This document shows, in pieces, positions 1 through 10,675 of a DNA stretch of 64,000 nucleotides (positions within the stretch are counted from its first letter, which is position 1; the number at the start of each line of letters is the position of its first letter). Made by a program: the position numbers and the translations under genes. The notes under the pieces were generated by a model. It saw only the letters and a program-made list of their open reading frames with translations, had not been told where the DNA came from and searched no databases. This stretch comes from Candidatus Methylomirabilia bacterium (GTDB lineage: Bacteria; Methylomirabilota; Methylomirabilia; Rokubacteriales; CSP1-6), in assembly GCA_041492755.1 (NCBI GenBank), contig JBGPXN010000003.1, forward strand, positions 3,800 to 67,799, in the 5' to 3' direction.

Positions 1-15
1 TCCTACCATCGATGC

Positions 16-1719
16 GTGTTGCGGGAGCTCCGGATCAGGAACTTCGCGGTGGTGGAGAACACGACGGCGACGTTCGGGCCGGGGCTGAACGTCCTCACCG
101 GGGAGACCGGCGCCGGCAAGTCGATCGTCGTCGATGCGCTCCTGCTCGTCCGAGGCGCGCGCGCGCAGTCCGACGTCATCCGGAGCGAAACGGAATCCGC
201 CACCGTCGAAGCGGTGTTCGAGGTGGGGGCGTCCGGGCCGGTGGCGGCGGTGCTCACCGAGGCGGGGATCGACGTCGACGGCGGCGCGGTCGTGATCCGG
301 CGCGAGCTCGCGCGCACCGGCCGGCATCGCGCCTTCGTCAACGACGCGGCGGTGACCGTGGGCCTGCTCGAGCGCCTGGGCGACCTCCTCGTCGAGGTCC
401 ACGGTCAGCACGAGCACCAGCGCCTGCTCCAACCCATGCTTCAGCTCGAGCTGCTCGACCGCTTTGCCGGTCTGGACGACCTTCAGCGCCGCGTGGCCGA
501 GCTGCACGCCAAGCACCGCTCGGCGGCGGCCGCGGTCGAGGGCGAGCGCGCCGCGGCGCGGGAGCGCGCCCAGCGCGAGGACATGCTGCGCTTTCAGGTG
601 GGGGAGCTGCGGGCCGCGCGGCTGCGGATTGGTGAAGAAGAGGAGCTCCGCGCCGAGCGCACCCGCCTGCAACACGCCGAGCGATTCCGGACGACCGTCG
701 CGGAGGTGCAAGGGCTGCTGCACGACGACCGTGACGCCGCGGCCGGTCGGCTGGGGCGTGCGGTCCGTCTTCTCCGTGACCTGGGTCGTCTCGACGCCGC
801 GTTCGCGGCGACGGCCGAGAGCCTCGAGGCGGCGCTGGTACAGGTCGACGAGGCGGTCACCGCGCTTCGGGCATTGCGCGACACCATCGAGGCCGAGCCG
901 GGCCGGCTCGAGGCGATCGACGAGCGACTCGACGCGCTCACGCGCCTCAAGCGCAAGTACGGAGACACCGAGGCGGCGATGCTCGACTTCCTGGCGAGTG
1001 CCGCGGGCGAGCTGGAGCGGCTCGAGCACCACGAGGAGTTCCTCGCCGGCGAAGAACGGCGGTTGGGCGAGTTGGGAACCGAGCTGCTGGCGACGGCGAC
1101 GACACTGTCAGAGCGGCGGGCAGGTGCCGCCCGACGGCTCGGGTCCGACGCCCAGCGGGAGGTGCGCAGGCTCGGCATGGAGCGGGCCAGCTTCGAGATC
1201 GTCGTGGAGCGGACGAATCCTCCCGAACTTTCGGCCCGTGGTCTCGATCGCGTCGAGTTCCGGCTGTCGGCCAATCCAGGCGAGGAGCCCCGGCCACTGG
1301 CGCGTATCGCGTCCGGTGGAGAGCTGTCGCGGACGATGCTCGCGCTGAACGCCGCCGTTCTCGCCGCGGGCGAGCGACCGGCGACCATGGTGTTCGACGA
1401 GGTGGACGCCGGCATCGGGGGCCACGTGGCCTCGGTGGTGGGAGAAAAGCTGGTGGCGGTGGCCGCCCGCGGGCAGGTGCTGTGTGTCACGCACCTTCCC
1501 CAGATCGCGGCGCAGGCGCAGCGTCACCTGGGCGTCGCCAAAGCCGTGCGGGGCGGGCGCACGCGCGCGACGGTGCAGGCGCTCGAGGGCGAGGCCCGGA
1601 CCGGCGAGATCGCGCGCATGCTGGCCGGCGACCCGCCCACGGCGACGGCGTTGTCGCACGCGCGGGAGCTGCTCGCGGCCGGCTCCGGTGGAGGGCCGCG
1701 GCGCCGCCGGCCTGTATAA
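16..1719 (+). CDS. recN: DNA repair protein RecN
   Basis: 567-aa ORF from GTG at 16. It has a Walker A ([10 protein letters not shown]), a long coiled-coil middle, and a C-terminal signature/Walker B region ([19 protein letters not shown]) typical of RecN. Confidence 0.93.
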   Translation: MLRELRIRNFAVVENTTATFGPGLNVLTGETGAGKSIVVDALLLVRGARAQSDVIRSETESATVEAVFEVGASGPVAAVLTEAGIDVDGGAVVIRRELARTGRHRAFVNDAAVTVGLLERLGDLLVEVHGQHEHQRLLQPMLQLELLDRFAGLDDLQRRVAELHAKHRSAAAAVEGERAAARERAQREDMLRFQVGELRAARLRIGEEEELRAERTRLQHAERFRTTVAEVQGLLHDDRDAAAGRLGRAVRLLRDLGRLDAAFAATAESLEAALVQVDEAVTALRALRDTIEAEPGRLEAIDERLDALTRLKRKYGDTEAAMLDFLASAAGELERLEHHEEFLAGEERRLGELGTELLATATTLSERRAGAARRLGSDAQREVRRLGMERASFEIVVERTNPPELSARGLDRVEFRLSANPGEEPRPLARIASGGELSRTMLALNAAVLAAGERPATMVFDEVDAGIGGHVASVVGEKLVAVAARGQVLCVTHLPQIAAQAQRHLGVAKAVRGGRTRATVQALEGEARTGEIARMLAGDPPTATALSHARELLAAGSGGGPRRRRPV

Positions 1720-1732
1720 TGAGACGTCGAGC

Positions 1733-4540
1733 ATGCTGAACGCCGTTCTCCGCAAACTCTTCGGGACCAAGCACGAACGGGACGTCAAACGCATGATGCC
1801 CGCCGTGCAGCAGATCAACGCTCTGGAGGCCGAGCTTCAGGCGCTCCCCGACGACGCGCTTCGCGCCCGCACCGACACCCTCCGCCAGCGACTCGGCAAC
1901 AACGAAGAGCTGAACGATCTGCTGCCCGAAGCGTTCGCAACCTGCCGGGAAGCGGCGCGCCGGACGGTGGGAATGCGGCACTTCGACGTGCAGCTCATCG
2001 GCGGGATGGTGCTGCACGAGGGCACGATCGCCGAGATGGCGACCGGCGAGGGCAAGACGCTGGTGGCGACGCTGCCGGCCTACCTCAACGCCCTGACCGG
2101 CCGCGGCGTGCACATCGTCACCGTCAACGACTACCTCGCCAAGCGCGACGCGCAGTGGATGGGGCCGGTCTACCACGCCCTGGGGTTGAGCGTGGGTGTC
2201 GTCCAGCACGAGGCCTCGTTCCTCTATGATCCGGGGTACGTCACCCCCGACATCCGGCTGACCGCGCTGCGACCCTGCACGCGGCCGGAGGCGTACGCGG
2301 CCGACATCACGTATGGGACCAACAACGAGTTCGGGTTCGACTACCTGCGTGACAACATGCGCTTCACCCGCGCGGAGCTCGTTCAGCGCGAGATGCACTA
2401 CGCCATCGTCGACGAGGTCGATTCGATCCTCATCGACGAGGCGCGGACCCCGCTGATCATCTCCGGGCCCGCGGAAGAGTCGACCGAGCTCTACTACAAG
2501 ATCGATCGCATCATCCCTCGACTGAAGAGGGCCGCCACCATCGTCGATGGCAAGCTCTCGGAGGTGGAGGAGCAGAAGGAAGGCGACTTCATCGTCGACG
2601 AGAAGTCCAAGGCGGTCGCGCTCACCGAGCAGGGAGTGGCGAGCTGCGAGCGGCTGCTCGGTATCGACAACCTCTACGATCCGAAGCACATCGATTCCTT
2701 GCACCACGTCCAGCAGGCGCTGCGCGCGCACGCCCTCTACCGCAAGGACGTGGACTACGTCGTCAATGATGGCGAGGTCATCATCGTCGACGAGTTCACC
2801 GGCCGCATGATGCCGGGCCGGCGGTGGTCGGACGGTCTGCACCAGGCGGTCGAGGCGAAGGAAGGGGTTCGCATCGAGCGCGAGAACCAGACGCTGGCGA
2901 CGATCACCTTCCAGAACCTGTTCCGCATGTACGGAAAGCTGGCGGGGATGACCGGGACCGCGGAGACGGAGGCGGAGGAGTTCGCGAAGATCTACAAGCT
3001 CGACGTCACCGTCGTCCCCACCAACCGGACCCTGATCCGGACCAACAATCCCGACGTCGTCTACAAGACGGAGCGGGAGAAGTTCGACGCGGTCGTGGAG
3101 GACATCATCAAGTGCAACGAGCGGGGCCAGCCCGTCCTCGTGGGCACCGTCTCCATCGAGAAGTCGGAGCAGCTCTCCAAGCTGCTGAAGCGGCGTGGCG
3201 TCAAGCACGAGGTTCTGAACGCCAAGTACCACGAGCGCGAGGCGGAGATCGTCGCCCAGGCCGGACGGGAGGGCGCGGTCACCATCGCCACCAACATGGC
3301 GGGCCGCGGCACCGACATCCTGCTGGGTGGCAACGCCGAGTTTCTGTCCAAAGAGATTCTGCGCCGCCAAGGCCTCGATCCCGCCACCGCCCCGCTCGAC
3401 GCGCGCGCCACCGCGGTGGCCGAGGCGCGCCGGACCACGGAGCCGGAGCACGCGCGGGTCGTGGAGCGCGGCGGCTTGCACATCGTCGGCACCGAGCGCC
3501 ACGAGTCCCGTCGCGTCGACAACCAGCTCCGGGGCCGCTCGGGGCGCCAGGGCGATCCGGGCTCCTCGCGGTTCTACCTCTCGCTCGAGGACGACCTGCT
3601 GCGGATCTTCGGCTCGCAGCGGATCCAGAAGATCATGGACCGCCTCGGCATGGAGGAGGGCGAGCCGATCGAGCACCGGCTCGTCACCCGCGCCATCGCG
3701 ACCGCGCAGAAGCGGGTGGAGAACCACCACTTCGAGATCCGCAAGCACCTGCTCGAGTACGACGACGTGATGAACAAGCAGCGCGAGATCATCTACGGGA
3801 TGCGCCGGCAGATCATGGACGGCGAAAGCCAGACCGACACCATCACGGAATGGCGCGAGGACCTCGTCCCGAGCACGCTCGACGCCTACGCCGCCGCCGA
3901 CGCGCACCCCGACGATTGGGACCTCGCCGGTCTCGCCGAACCCCTGTTCGCGCAGTTCGACGTCCGCATCCCGGCCGCCCACTACCGTGAGGTCGCGACC
4001 CGCGAAGGTCTCGAAGATCTCGTCGGGACCGCCGTGCGCGATCGCTATGCGGAGCGGGAGCGCGAGCTCGGCCCCGAGCTCATGCGGGCCCTCGAGCGGC
4101 ACGAGATGCTCATCGTCATCGACACGCAGTGGAAGGACCACCTGCTCTCCATCGACCACCTCAAGGAAGGCATCGGCCTCCGCGGGTACGGTCAGCGCGA
4201 CCCGCTCACCGAGTACAAGAAGGAAGCGTTCGATCTCTTCGAGGCGATGGTCGAGCGCGTCAAGGCGGCGGTGGTGGAGCGCTTGTTCAAGGTGCAGATC
4301 GTTCGGGATACCACGATCGAGATGCCGGTCATGACCGCCCGCGCCGATACTCACGAGTCCCGCGGCGCGGTGGCCGGCGATCCGCTCGCGGCACGGGGGT
4401 CCGCGCCCTCCGCGGCGCCGGTACGTCGGCCGGCGGCGGCGCTGCGGACGCCGACGGGCGACAAGATCGGCCGCAACGATCCCTGCCCGTGCGGCTCGGG
4501 CAAGAAGTACAAGAAGTGCTGCTACCTCAAGCAAAGCTGA
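1733..4540 (+). CDS. secA: Preprotein translocase ATPase SecA
   Basis: ATG at 1733 gives [20 protein letters not shown]. Motor motifs are [13 protein letters not shown] and [19 protein letters not shown]. The C-terminal zinc finger is [13 protein letters not shown]. The track start at 1484 is an upstream extension overlapping recN. Confidence 0.96.
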   Translation: MLNAVLRKLFGTKHERDVKRMMPAVQQINALEAELQALPDDALRARTDTLRQRLGNNEELNDLLPEAFATCREAARRTVGMRHFDVQLIGGMVLHEGTIAEMATGEGKTLVATLPAYLNALTGRGVHIVTVNDYLAKRDAQWMGPVYHALGLSVGVVQHEASFLYDPGYVTPDIRLTALRPCTRPEAYAADITYGTNNEFGFDYLRDNMRFTRAELVQREMHYAIVDEVDSILIDEARTPLIISGPAEESTELYYKIDRIIPRLKRAATIVDGKLSEVEEQKEGDFIVDEKSKAVALTEQGVASCERLLGIDNLYDPKHIDSLHHVQQALRAHALYRKDVDYVVNDGEVIIVDEFTGRMMPGRRWSDGLHQAVEAKEGVRIERENQTLATITFQNLFRMYGKLAGMTGTAETEAEEFAKIYKLDVTVVPTNRTLIRTNNPDVVYKTEREKFDAVVEDIIKCNERGQPVLVGTVSIEKSEQLSKLLKRRGVKHEVLNAKYHEREAEIVAQAGREGAVTIATNMAGRGTDILLGGNAEFLSKEILRRQGLDPATAPLDARATAVAEARRTTEPEHARVVERGGLHIVGTERHESRRVDNQLRGRSGRQGDPGSSRFYLSLEDDLLRIFGSQRIQKIMDRLGMEEGEPIEHRLVTRAIATAQKRVENHHFEIRKHLLEYDDVMNKQREIIYGMRRQIMDGESQTDTITEWREDLVPSTLDAYAAADAHPDDWDLAGLAEPLFAQFDVRIPAAHYREVATREGLEDLVGTAVRDRYAERERELGPELMRALERHEMLIVIDTQWKDHLLSIDHLKEGIGLRGYGQRDPLTEYKKEAFDLFEAMVERVKAAVVERLFKVQIVRDTTIEMPVMTARADTHESRGAVAGDPLAARGSAPSAAPVRRPAAALRTPTGDKIGRNDPCPCGSGKKYKKCCYLKQS

Positions 4541-4938
4541 TGGCGGATCGGCGCTACCGCCAGCCCGGCTACGGGAGCACGGGATCAGGGCAGGGCCGAC
4601 GCGAGCCGCCGCCGGCGCCTCCTCCGTCGGGAACGCTGAAGAACCGGTCGGTCTCCCGCTGTGCCGCGTGCGGCGCGGTGCTCCCGATCACCGCCGACTC
4701 GCTCACGCAGTGTCCCAACTGCCGCGCCGACCTCCACGCGTGCCGGAACTGCGCCCACTTCGAGACCGAGCAGCGATTCGAGTGCACCCAACCGGTCCCC
4801 GAGCGCATTGCCGACAAGAGCGCACGGAACGGATGCACCCGATTTTCGCTGCGGGTGACCGTGGAGCGAGACACGTCCTCGGGCTCGATTCGCCCGGAGG
4901 CCGCCCGCCGGGGTTTCGGGAATCTGTTCAAGAAGTAG
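4540..4938 (+). CDS. Hypothetical Cys-rich zinc-ribbon protein (132 aa)
   Basis: The ATG at 4540 shares its A with the secA TGA stop (TGATG). The protein has three CxxC pairs (CAAC, CPNC, CRNC) plus further Cys/His. Third codon positions are strongly G/C, like neighbouring genes. No family recognised. Confidence 0.6.
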   Translation: MADRRYRQPGYGSTGSGQGRREPPPAPPPSGTLKNRSVSRCAACGAVLPITADSLTQCPNCRADLHACRNCAHFETEQRFECTQPVPERIADKSARNGCTRFSLRVTVERDTSSGSIRPEAARRGFGNLFKK

Positions 4939-5002
4939 CATGCACGCCGGGCCGCGATTCGATATGTAGGGCATGACAGCCCGCCCGCCCCCCAGGTCTA
5001 GT

Positions 5003-5041
5003 ATTTTTTTCTTGGGCTCCCGCCGGCCCGCGTGTTAGTAA
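5003..5041 (+). promoter_or_regulatory. Putative smc promoter (T-rich UP-like tract, -35 TTGGGC, extended -10 TGtTAGTAA)
   Basis: T7 tract at 5004-5010, TTGGGC at 5012-5017, an 18-nt spacer, TG at 5033-5034 and TAGTAA at 5036-5041. No Shine-Dalgarno precedes the ATG at 5047. Confidence 0.3.
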
Positions 5042-5046
5042 TCCCC

Positions 5047-8000
5047 ATGCGCCTTGAGTCCATAACCCTGCACGGCTTCAAGTCTTTTGCCGAGCGCACC
5101 AGCATCAAGGTCCTGCCCGGTATCACCGCGATCGTGGGTCCAAACGGCTGTGGCAAAAGCAATATCTCCGAGTCGGTGCGCTGGGCGCTCGGCGAGCAGA
5201 GCGCCAAATCGCTGCGCGGGCAGCGAATGGAAGACCTCATCTTCCACGGCTCCGCCTCACGTAAGGCGGTCGGGCTGGCCGAGGTCGAGCTGCTCTTCAG
5301 CAACGACGGCGCGCTGTCCGTGCCCTGGAGCGAGATCGCCGTGTCGCGGCGGCTCTACCGTTCGGGGGAGAGCGAGTACCTCCTCAACCGGAATTCCTCC
5401 CGGCTGCGCGACATCCTCGACCTGTTCGCCGGCACCGGGGCCAACCCACGCGCGTACTCGGTGATAGACCAGGACAAGCTCAATCACGTTCTCACCGCCA
5501 AGCCGCACGAGCGGCGGGTCTTCATCGAAGAGGCGGCGGGGATCGCCCGCTACAAGCAGCAGCGCAGCGAGACCGAAGGAAAGCTCGACGCCGCCCGCCA
5601 GAACCTGCATCGCGTGAAGGACGTCATGCAGGAGGTGCAGCGCCAGCTTGGCTCGCTGGAGCGACAGGCGCGCAAAGCGCAACAGTACAAGGCGCTCGAA
5701 GCCGAACGCCGTGATCTCGCGCTGGCGTTGCTCGCCGCCGACTATGCCGCGCTGAAGACGGAGGCGGAACGTCGAGAAGCCCAGCTCGCGCGGCTGCGGC
5801 TGGTCGAGGAAGATCTGCAGGCGCGGGTCACCCAGCTCGGCACTCGGGAAGCCCGGCAACAGGAAGTGATCCAGAGCAGTGAGCACCGTCTCGCCGATCT
5901 CCGGCAGGCCGCGCACAAGGTGCAAGGCGAGCTCGAGCGTCTGCTGGAGCGGCGGGAGCAGATGGGGCTGCAGATGCAGGAAGCGGCCGAGGAGTCCGGT
6001 CGGCTCGACGAGGAAGCGAACCAGGCGGGCGCGCGGCTGCACGGCATCGTCGACGAGCGGGAAGGAACCCGCGCCGCCCTGGCGGAGGCGGGGCTGACGG
6101 TGGCCGCGCGGCAGCAGGCGGTGGCGGAGCTGGAGGCGGCGCTGGAGCGACACCGCTCGAGCCTGACCGGCGAGCGTGACCGCCTGGAGGCGCTGCGGCT
6201 GGAGCAGATCCGCCTGGCGTCCGAGCGCACGGACCTCGTCCGCTCGGCCGGTGAGCTGCGTGAACGCGCGAGTCAGTGCCGCCGGCGGAGCGAACGGTTG
6301 GCGGCGGAGCTGGCCGGGACCGAGGCGGAAGCGGCCCGGCTGACCGTCGAGCGCGGGGCGCTGGAGACGTCGCGCGAGCGGACGCTGCGGACACTGTCGT
6401 CGTTGACGGTCGAGCGCGAGCAACTCGTGGCGCTCCTGTCCGAGGGCGAGCGTGCCGCGGCCTCGGCCGAGAAGGATCTCGCGGAGTCGCGACTGGCGCG
6501 GGCGGGTCGGCAGTCGAGCCTCGAGGCGCTTCGTGAGCTGGAGCGCGGGCGCGAGGGTTACGGTTCGGGTGTGCGCGCGGTCTTCGCCGAAGGTGCGCAG
6601 ATCGGCCTCAGCGGTATCGTCGGCACCGTTGCGGACTTGCTCGACGTGCCACCCGAGCTCGAGCGCCCGGTGGCCGCGGTGCTCGGCGACCGCTTGCAGT
6701 GGATCGTCGTCGAGCGGTTCGAGCATGCCCGGGCGGCGGTTGGCTTCCTCCGTTCCCGGCAAGCGGGCTCGGCCACGTTCGTCCCGCTCGAAGACCTCAG
6801 GCGGTACGCGGGCGCGGTCGCGTCGCCCGAAGACAACGGCGTGCGGTGGCTGAGCCGGAGCGTGCGCGCGTCCACCGAGGGACTGCTGGAGCACCTGCTC
6901 GGTCTCGTCGGCGTGGTGGACCATCTCGATCATGCCGAGGCGCTGTGGCGGCGCAACGGGGTGATCGCGACGTACGTGACGCCCGACGGCGACGTCCTGG
7001 GCCCGCATGGTCATCTGCGCGGCGGCGGTGACGAGGCGGCCGGTGCGTCGGAACATGCGCTGCTGGCGCGCAAGCGGCAGGTGCGCGAGCTCGAAGAGAT
7101 CGTGCGCGGGCTCGAGGAGATGGTGGCGAGCACGCAACGATCCGCGGCACGTCTCGGCGCGGAAGCGGCGTCGCTGCGCGTGCGGCTGACCGCCTGCGAC
7201 GAGACGCTTGCCGCTCACCACGCGCAGCGACTGGCCGGCGAGAAAGACCTCGAGCAGGTCACGCGCGAGCACGAGCGGGTCCACCGTCACTCCGAGACCG
7301 TCCGCCTCGAGTCCGAGCAGAACCGGCGTGAGATCGAGGAGACGGAGACGACGCTGGCCCGGCTCGACCAGCGGATCGCGACCGCGTGCGACGCCGAAGG
7401 CGCACACGAGGTGGCCCAGGCCGGCGTGCGCCGGACCATCGAGGCGGCGCAAGCGCGCGAGGCGGCGCTGGTCGGCGAGCTGACGGCCGGACGCGTCGAC
7501 GCGGCGTCGGGTCTCGAGCGGCTCGATTCTCTCGAGCGCGAGCTGGGTCGTTTGGACCAGCTCGAGGCCGAGCTCCAGGACCGTCTCGCCCAGACCGCGC
7601 AGCGCGGGCAGCAGCTCGCCGAGCGGCGCGAGTGGCTGGCGGCCGAGCGGGAGCGGACGGACGCGCAGGCGCGCGACGTCGCCGTGGAGCGTGATCGGGT
7701 CCAGTCGGACGAGCAGGCAGCGGCCGACCGGCACGCGGGCTTCGTGGAGGAGTTGCGCACGATCCAGGAGGAGATGCGCGGCATCGAAGGCGAGCGGCGG
7801 CGCGTCACCGCAAGCATCCACGAGGTCGAGCTGGCCGCCACCGAGGGCCGCGTGCGGCGCGAGGAACTCCTGCAGGACGCCGTGCGCACCTATACGGTCG
7901 ACGAGCCGACGCTGCTGGCGCGTCACGATCCCACGCGCGAGATCCCGGCCCTGCGCAACCGCCACGACGAGCTGCAAGAGAAGCTGACCGCCATCGGCCC

Positions 8001-8601
8001 GGTGAACCTGGTGGCCGACGAAGAGTACCGGGAGCTCGACGAGCGATTGACGTTTCTCAGGGTCCAGCACGACGACCTGGTGGGCTCGATCAAGGACCTC
8101 GAAAAGGCGCTTCGTGGGATGACGCGGACGGCCCAGGAGCGGTTCGATCAAGCCTTCGCCGAGATCAGCGCGCGCTTCTCCGAGATCTTCGAGCGCTTGT
8201 TCGAGGGCGGACGCGCGGAGTTGCGCCTGGTGGAGGCGGAGGAGGGCGGCGATCCGCTCGACACCGGCGTGGACCTCGTGGCCCAGCCGCGGGGCAAGCG
8301 GCTGCAGTCGGTGACGCTGATGTCCGGTGGGGAGCGGGCGCTCACCGGTCTGGCGTTGCTCTTCGCCATTTTCTACTACCGGCCCAGCCCCTTCTGCGTG
8401 CTCGACGAGGTCGACGCCCCGCTGGACGATGCCAATATCCACCGTTTCCTGCGCGTGCTGCGCGAGCTGACGAGTCAGACGCAGTTCCTGGTCATCACGC
8501 ACAATCGCAAGAGCATGGAAGCGGCCGATGTCCTCTACGGTGTCACCATGCAGGAGCCGGGTCTCTCCACGCTCGTATCCGTCAATCTGCGCGACGTCTG
8601 A
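5047..8601 (+). CDS. smc: Chromosome segregation protein SMC
   Basis: MRLESITLHGFKSFAERT start and Walker A GPNGCGKSNI. Long coiled coils flank a central hinge. The C-terminal signature is MSGGERALT and Walker B is FCVLDEVDAPLD. 1184 aa. Confidence 0.95.
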   Translation: MRLESITLHGFKSFAERTSIKVLPGITAIVGPNGCGKSNISESVRWALGEQSAKSLRGQRMEDLIFHGSASRKAVGLAEVELLFSNDGALSVPWSEIAVSRRLYRSGESEYLLNRNSSRLRDILDLFAGTGANPRAYSVIDQDKLNHVLTAKPHERRVFIEEAAGIARYKQQRSETEGKLDAARQNLHRVKDVMQEVQRQLGSLERQARKAQQYKALEAERRDLALALLAADYAALKTEAERREAQLARLRLVEEDLQARVTQLGTREARQQEVIQSSEHRLADLRQAAHKVQGELERLLERREQMGLQMQEAAEESGRLDEEANQAGARLHGIVDEREGTRAALAEAGLTVAARQQAVAELEAALERHRSSLTGERDRLEALRLEQIRLASERTDLVRSAGELRERASQCRRRSERLAAELAGTEAEAARLTVERGALETSRERTLRTLSSLTVEREQLVALLSEGERAAASAEKDLAESRLARAGRQSSLEALRELERGREGYGSGVRAVFAEGAQIGLSGIVGTVADLLDVPPELERPVAAVLGDRLQWIVVERFEHARAAVGFLRSRQAGSATFVPLEDLRRYAGAVASPEDNGVRWLSRSVRASTEGLLEHLLGLVGVVDHLDHAEALWRRNGVIATYVTPDGDVLGPHGHLRGGGDEAAGASEHALLARKRQVRELEEIVRGLEEMVASTQRSAARLGAEAASLRVRLTACDETLAAHHAQRLAGEKDLEQVTREHERVHRHSETVRLESEQNRREIEETETTLARLDQRIATACDAEGAHEVAQAGVRRTIEAAQAREAALVGELTAGRVDAASGLERLDSLERELGRLDQLEAELQDRLAQTAQRGQQLAERREWLAAERERTDAQARDVAVERDRVQSDEQAAADRHAGFVEELRTIQEEMRGIEGERRRVTASIHEVELAATEGRVRREELLQDAVRTYTVDEPTLLARHDPTREIPALRNRHDELQEKLTAIGPVNLVADEEYRELDERLTFLRVQHDDLVGSIKDLEKALRGMTRTAQERFDQAFAEISARFSEIFERLFEGGRAELRLVEAEEGGDPLDTGVDLVAQPRGKRLQSVTLMSGGERALTGLALLFAIFYYRPSPFCVLDEVDAPLDDANIHRFLRVLRELTSQTQFLVITHNRKSMEAADVLYGVTMQEPGLSTLVSVNLRDV

Positions 8602-8632
8602 GCCCGTCCCCGTCGTGGGCGCCCCCCCCGGC

Positions 8633-8661
8633 GTGAAAAGCCCGAGTAGTTAGGCTAGACT
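8633..8661 (+). promoter_or_regulatory. Putative rodZ promoter (-35 GTGAAA, 17-nt spacer, -10 TAGACT)
   Basis: GTGAAA at 8633-8638 and GCTAGACT at 8654-8661, 17 nt upstream of the ATG at 8679. The same GCTAGACT string recurs upstream of pgsA. Confidence 0.3.
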
Positions 8662-8678
8662 CGGCCTTGGCGTAGGGT

Positions 8679-9737
8679 ATGCGATCCCTCGGTTCTCATC
8701 TCCGCGAGCTCCGCGAGCAGCGCGGCGTCTCCCTGGAGGAGATGTCGCGCATCACCCGGGTTGCCCTGCGTTACCTCGAGGCGTTGGAAGCCGACGACCA
8801 CGGCGCGCTGCTGGAACCGGTGTTCACCCGGGGATTCATTCGCGCGTACTGTCAAGCGCTCCGCGAGCCACCCGGCGAAGCGCTGGCCCTCTACCCGGCG
8901 ACGGAATCCACCCGGGTCACCACCGCTCACCCACCGACGGGTGGCCGCTCCTTTCCCGCCGTCCGGGCCCGTGAAGGTGCGAGCCAGGGCACCGTGTTCG
9001 TGAGCTTCGTGCTGCTCGTTGTCTTCGGTCTCGGTCTCTTCGGGCTCACCCTGGTTCTTCAATCCGGGAAGGAAGACGGCGGCGAGCGCCGCCCGGCCGC
9101 GCCCTCGGCCACCGCAACGGTCGAGCCGCGGCCCGCGCCGAGCGCGCAAGGGCCGGATGCGCCTCCGCGGCCCGCGCCGGTCGCGTCCACACCGGCACCG
9201 CCTACACCGGCGCCGTCAGCCTCCCCCTCTCCGCGCGCTGGCGACACGGTTAGGCCCCCGAGCAGTTCCGGCGCGGTGCCGCCGGCCGTGCGGACCGGCG
9301 AGGGAGTCGCGGCGCCAAGCGGCGGAACGACAACACCGCCGGGCGCGCCGCCGCCGGCCGTACCGCCGCCGGCGTCCCCGGCGACCGGCGCCGCGAACGC
9401 GCCGGCGGCCGGCTCGCAGGCCGAGCTCGCGCGGCTGGTGGCGTCCGTGAGCTCGCCGTACCGCCTGGTGGCGCGCGCGTCGGAGCCGACGTGGGTGCGC
9501 GTGCGCATGGGTGACGGGCGCGCCGTCGAAGAGACGATGGGCGCCAACGAGGTCCGCGAGTGGGTGTCGAACCAACCGTTCGTCCTCACCATCGGTAACG
9601 CCGGCGGAATCTCACTGGAGCTGAATGGCCGCGCACTCCCGTCGCTGGGCCCGCGCGGGGGCGTCGTCGGCCGCATCGTCATCCCGCCGCCGAACGACGC
9701 CGGCCCGCCGGCGGCAAAATCCGTTCCCAACCCGTGA
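8679..9737 (+). CDS. rodZ: RodZ-like cytoskeleton protein (HTH, TM segment, Pro/Ala-rich linker, DUF4115-like C-terminus)
   Basis: XRE-type HTH (LRELREQRGVSLEEMSRITRVALRYLEALE) and one TM segment (VFVSFVLLVVFGLGLFGLTLVL). A long P/A-rich linker leads to a C-terminal beta domain (YRLVARASEPTWVRVRMGDG...ISLELNG). Confidence 0.75.
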   Translation: MRSLGSHLRELREQRGVSLEEMSRITRVALRYLEALEADDHGALLEPVFTRGFIRAYCQALREPPGEALALYPATESTRVTTAHPPTGGRSFPAVRAREGASQGTVFVSFVLLVVFGLGLFGLTLVLQSGKEDGGERRPAAPSATATVEPRPAPSAQGPDAPPRPAPVASTPAPPTPAPSASPSPRAGDTVRPPSSSGAVPPAVRTGEGVAAPSGGTTTPPGAPPPAVPPPASPATGAANAPAAGSQAELARLVASVSSPYRLVARASEPTWVRVRMGDGRAVEETMGANEVREWVSNQPFVLTIGNAGGISLELNGRALPSLGPRGGVVGRIVIPPPNDAGPPAAKSVPNP

Positions 9738-10675
9738 AGCTGTTCTCGGGACTCGGTGACCGCCTGCGGGCGAGTCTCAAGCGTTCGCGCGACTATCTCG
9801 CCGGCGAGCTGTCCACCGTCTTCGAGGCGGACCGGCCGATCGACGAAGCGCTCTACGAGGAGCTGGAGGAGACGCTGATCGCCGCCGACCTCGGCGCCAT
9901 GCTGGCCGCCGACTTCACCAACCGCGCGCGCGAAGAGGTGATGTTCGGCACCGTCACGAAAGCCGGCCAGCTGCGCCCGTTGTTCCGTCGATTTCTCGCC
10001 GACACGCTGGCCACCGCCGCCCAGCCGCTCGATCTCGACCATCGGCCGGCGGTGATGCTGATGCTCGGCGTGAACGGGTCGGGGAAGACGACGACGTGCG
10101 CGAAGATCGCGGCCGCGCTCAAGAACGACGGCAAGCGCGTCGCGCTCGCCGCCGCCGATACCTTCCGGGCCGCGGCCATCGAGCAGCTGCAGACGTGGGG
10201 CGACCGCGTGGGCGTGGAAGTCATTCACCAGGCGGCGGGCTCCGACCCGGCCGCGGTCGTGTTCGACGCCGTGAAAGCGGCCACCGCTCGCGATCTCGAC
10301 GTGCTCATCGTCGACACGGCCGGGCGCCTGCACACGAAGTCCAATCTCATGGCCGAGCTCGCCAAGGTGCGCAAGGTCATCGAGCGTCAGCTTCCGGGAG
10401 CGCCGCACGAGAGTCTCATGGTGCTGGACGCGCCGACCGGGCAGAACGGCTTCGCGCAGGCCCGCATGTTCCACGAGGCGATCGGGCTCACCGGCATCGT
10501 GCTCACCAAGCTCGACGGCACCGCGAAGGGCGGCATCGTCGTGCGCATCGTGCGCGAGCTCAAGCTCCCCATCAAGCTCGTGGGCGTCGGCGAGAAGCTC
10601 GAAGACCTGCAGCCGTTCGAGCCTGCTCCGTTCGTCGACGCGCTCGTGCCCGAGGCGCCCAGGCCCGGCGCATGA
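9734..10675 (+). CDS. ftsY: Signal recognition particle receptor FtsY
   Basis: SRP GTPase motifs GVNGSGKTTTCAKIA, DTAGR and TKLDGTAKGG. The GTG start overlaps the rodZ stop (GTGA). Confidence 0.93.
   Translation: MKLFSGLGDRLRASLKRSRDYLAGELSTVFEADRPIDEALYEELEETLIAADLGAMLAADFTNRAREEVMFGTVTKAGQLRPLFRRFLADTLATAAQPLDLDHRPAVMLMLGVNGSGKTTTCAKIAAALKNDGKRVALAAADTFRAAAIEQLQTWGDRVGVEVIHQAAGSDPAAVVFDAVKAATARDLDVLIVDTAGRLHTKSNLMAELAKVRKVIERQLPGAPHESLMVLDAPTGQNGFAQARMFHEAIGLTGIVLTKLDGTAKGGIVVRIVRELKLPIKLVGVGEKLEDLQPFEPAPFVDALVPEAPRPGA

Noticed and set aside
1715-1720. Perfect TATAAT overlapping the recN stop, 13 nt before the secA ATG.
   Set aside because: No -35 element or correctly spaced TG lies upstream (TG abuts the hexamer with no spacer). 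About one chance TATAAT is expected in 64 kb at this composition. It could be a real near-leaderless secA promoter, but I cannot support it.
1484-1732. N-terminal extensions of track ORFs that overlap the preceding gene. Examples are secA from 1484, ribD from 10096, ribE from 10905, lpxB from 29742, mutL from 56620, hflX from 60811 and cmk from 49812.
   Set aside because: The extensions are low-complexity Arg/Pro/Gly sequence in an alternative frame of the upstream gene. In each case a start codon at or overlapping the upstream stop gives the canonical family N-terminus.
1487-4534. Very long minus-strand ORFs: 1487-4534, 5257-8502, 11753-13834, 23958-26576, 47685-49550, 55685-58207 and many shorter ones.
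   Set aside because: Each lies antisense to, and nearly coextensive with, a + strand gene that has clear family motifs. Their translations are Arg/Ala/Gly/Pro-rich with no recognisable motifs. Such mirror ORFs are expected at this GC content because stop codons are rare.
9080-9450. Pro/Ala-rich repetitive DNA inside rodZ as a tandem repeat or separate element.
   Set aside because: It is in frame within a single ORF linking the TM segment to the C-terminal domain. This is a typical low-complexity periplasmic linker of RodZ-like proteins, and no exact repeat unit is present.
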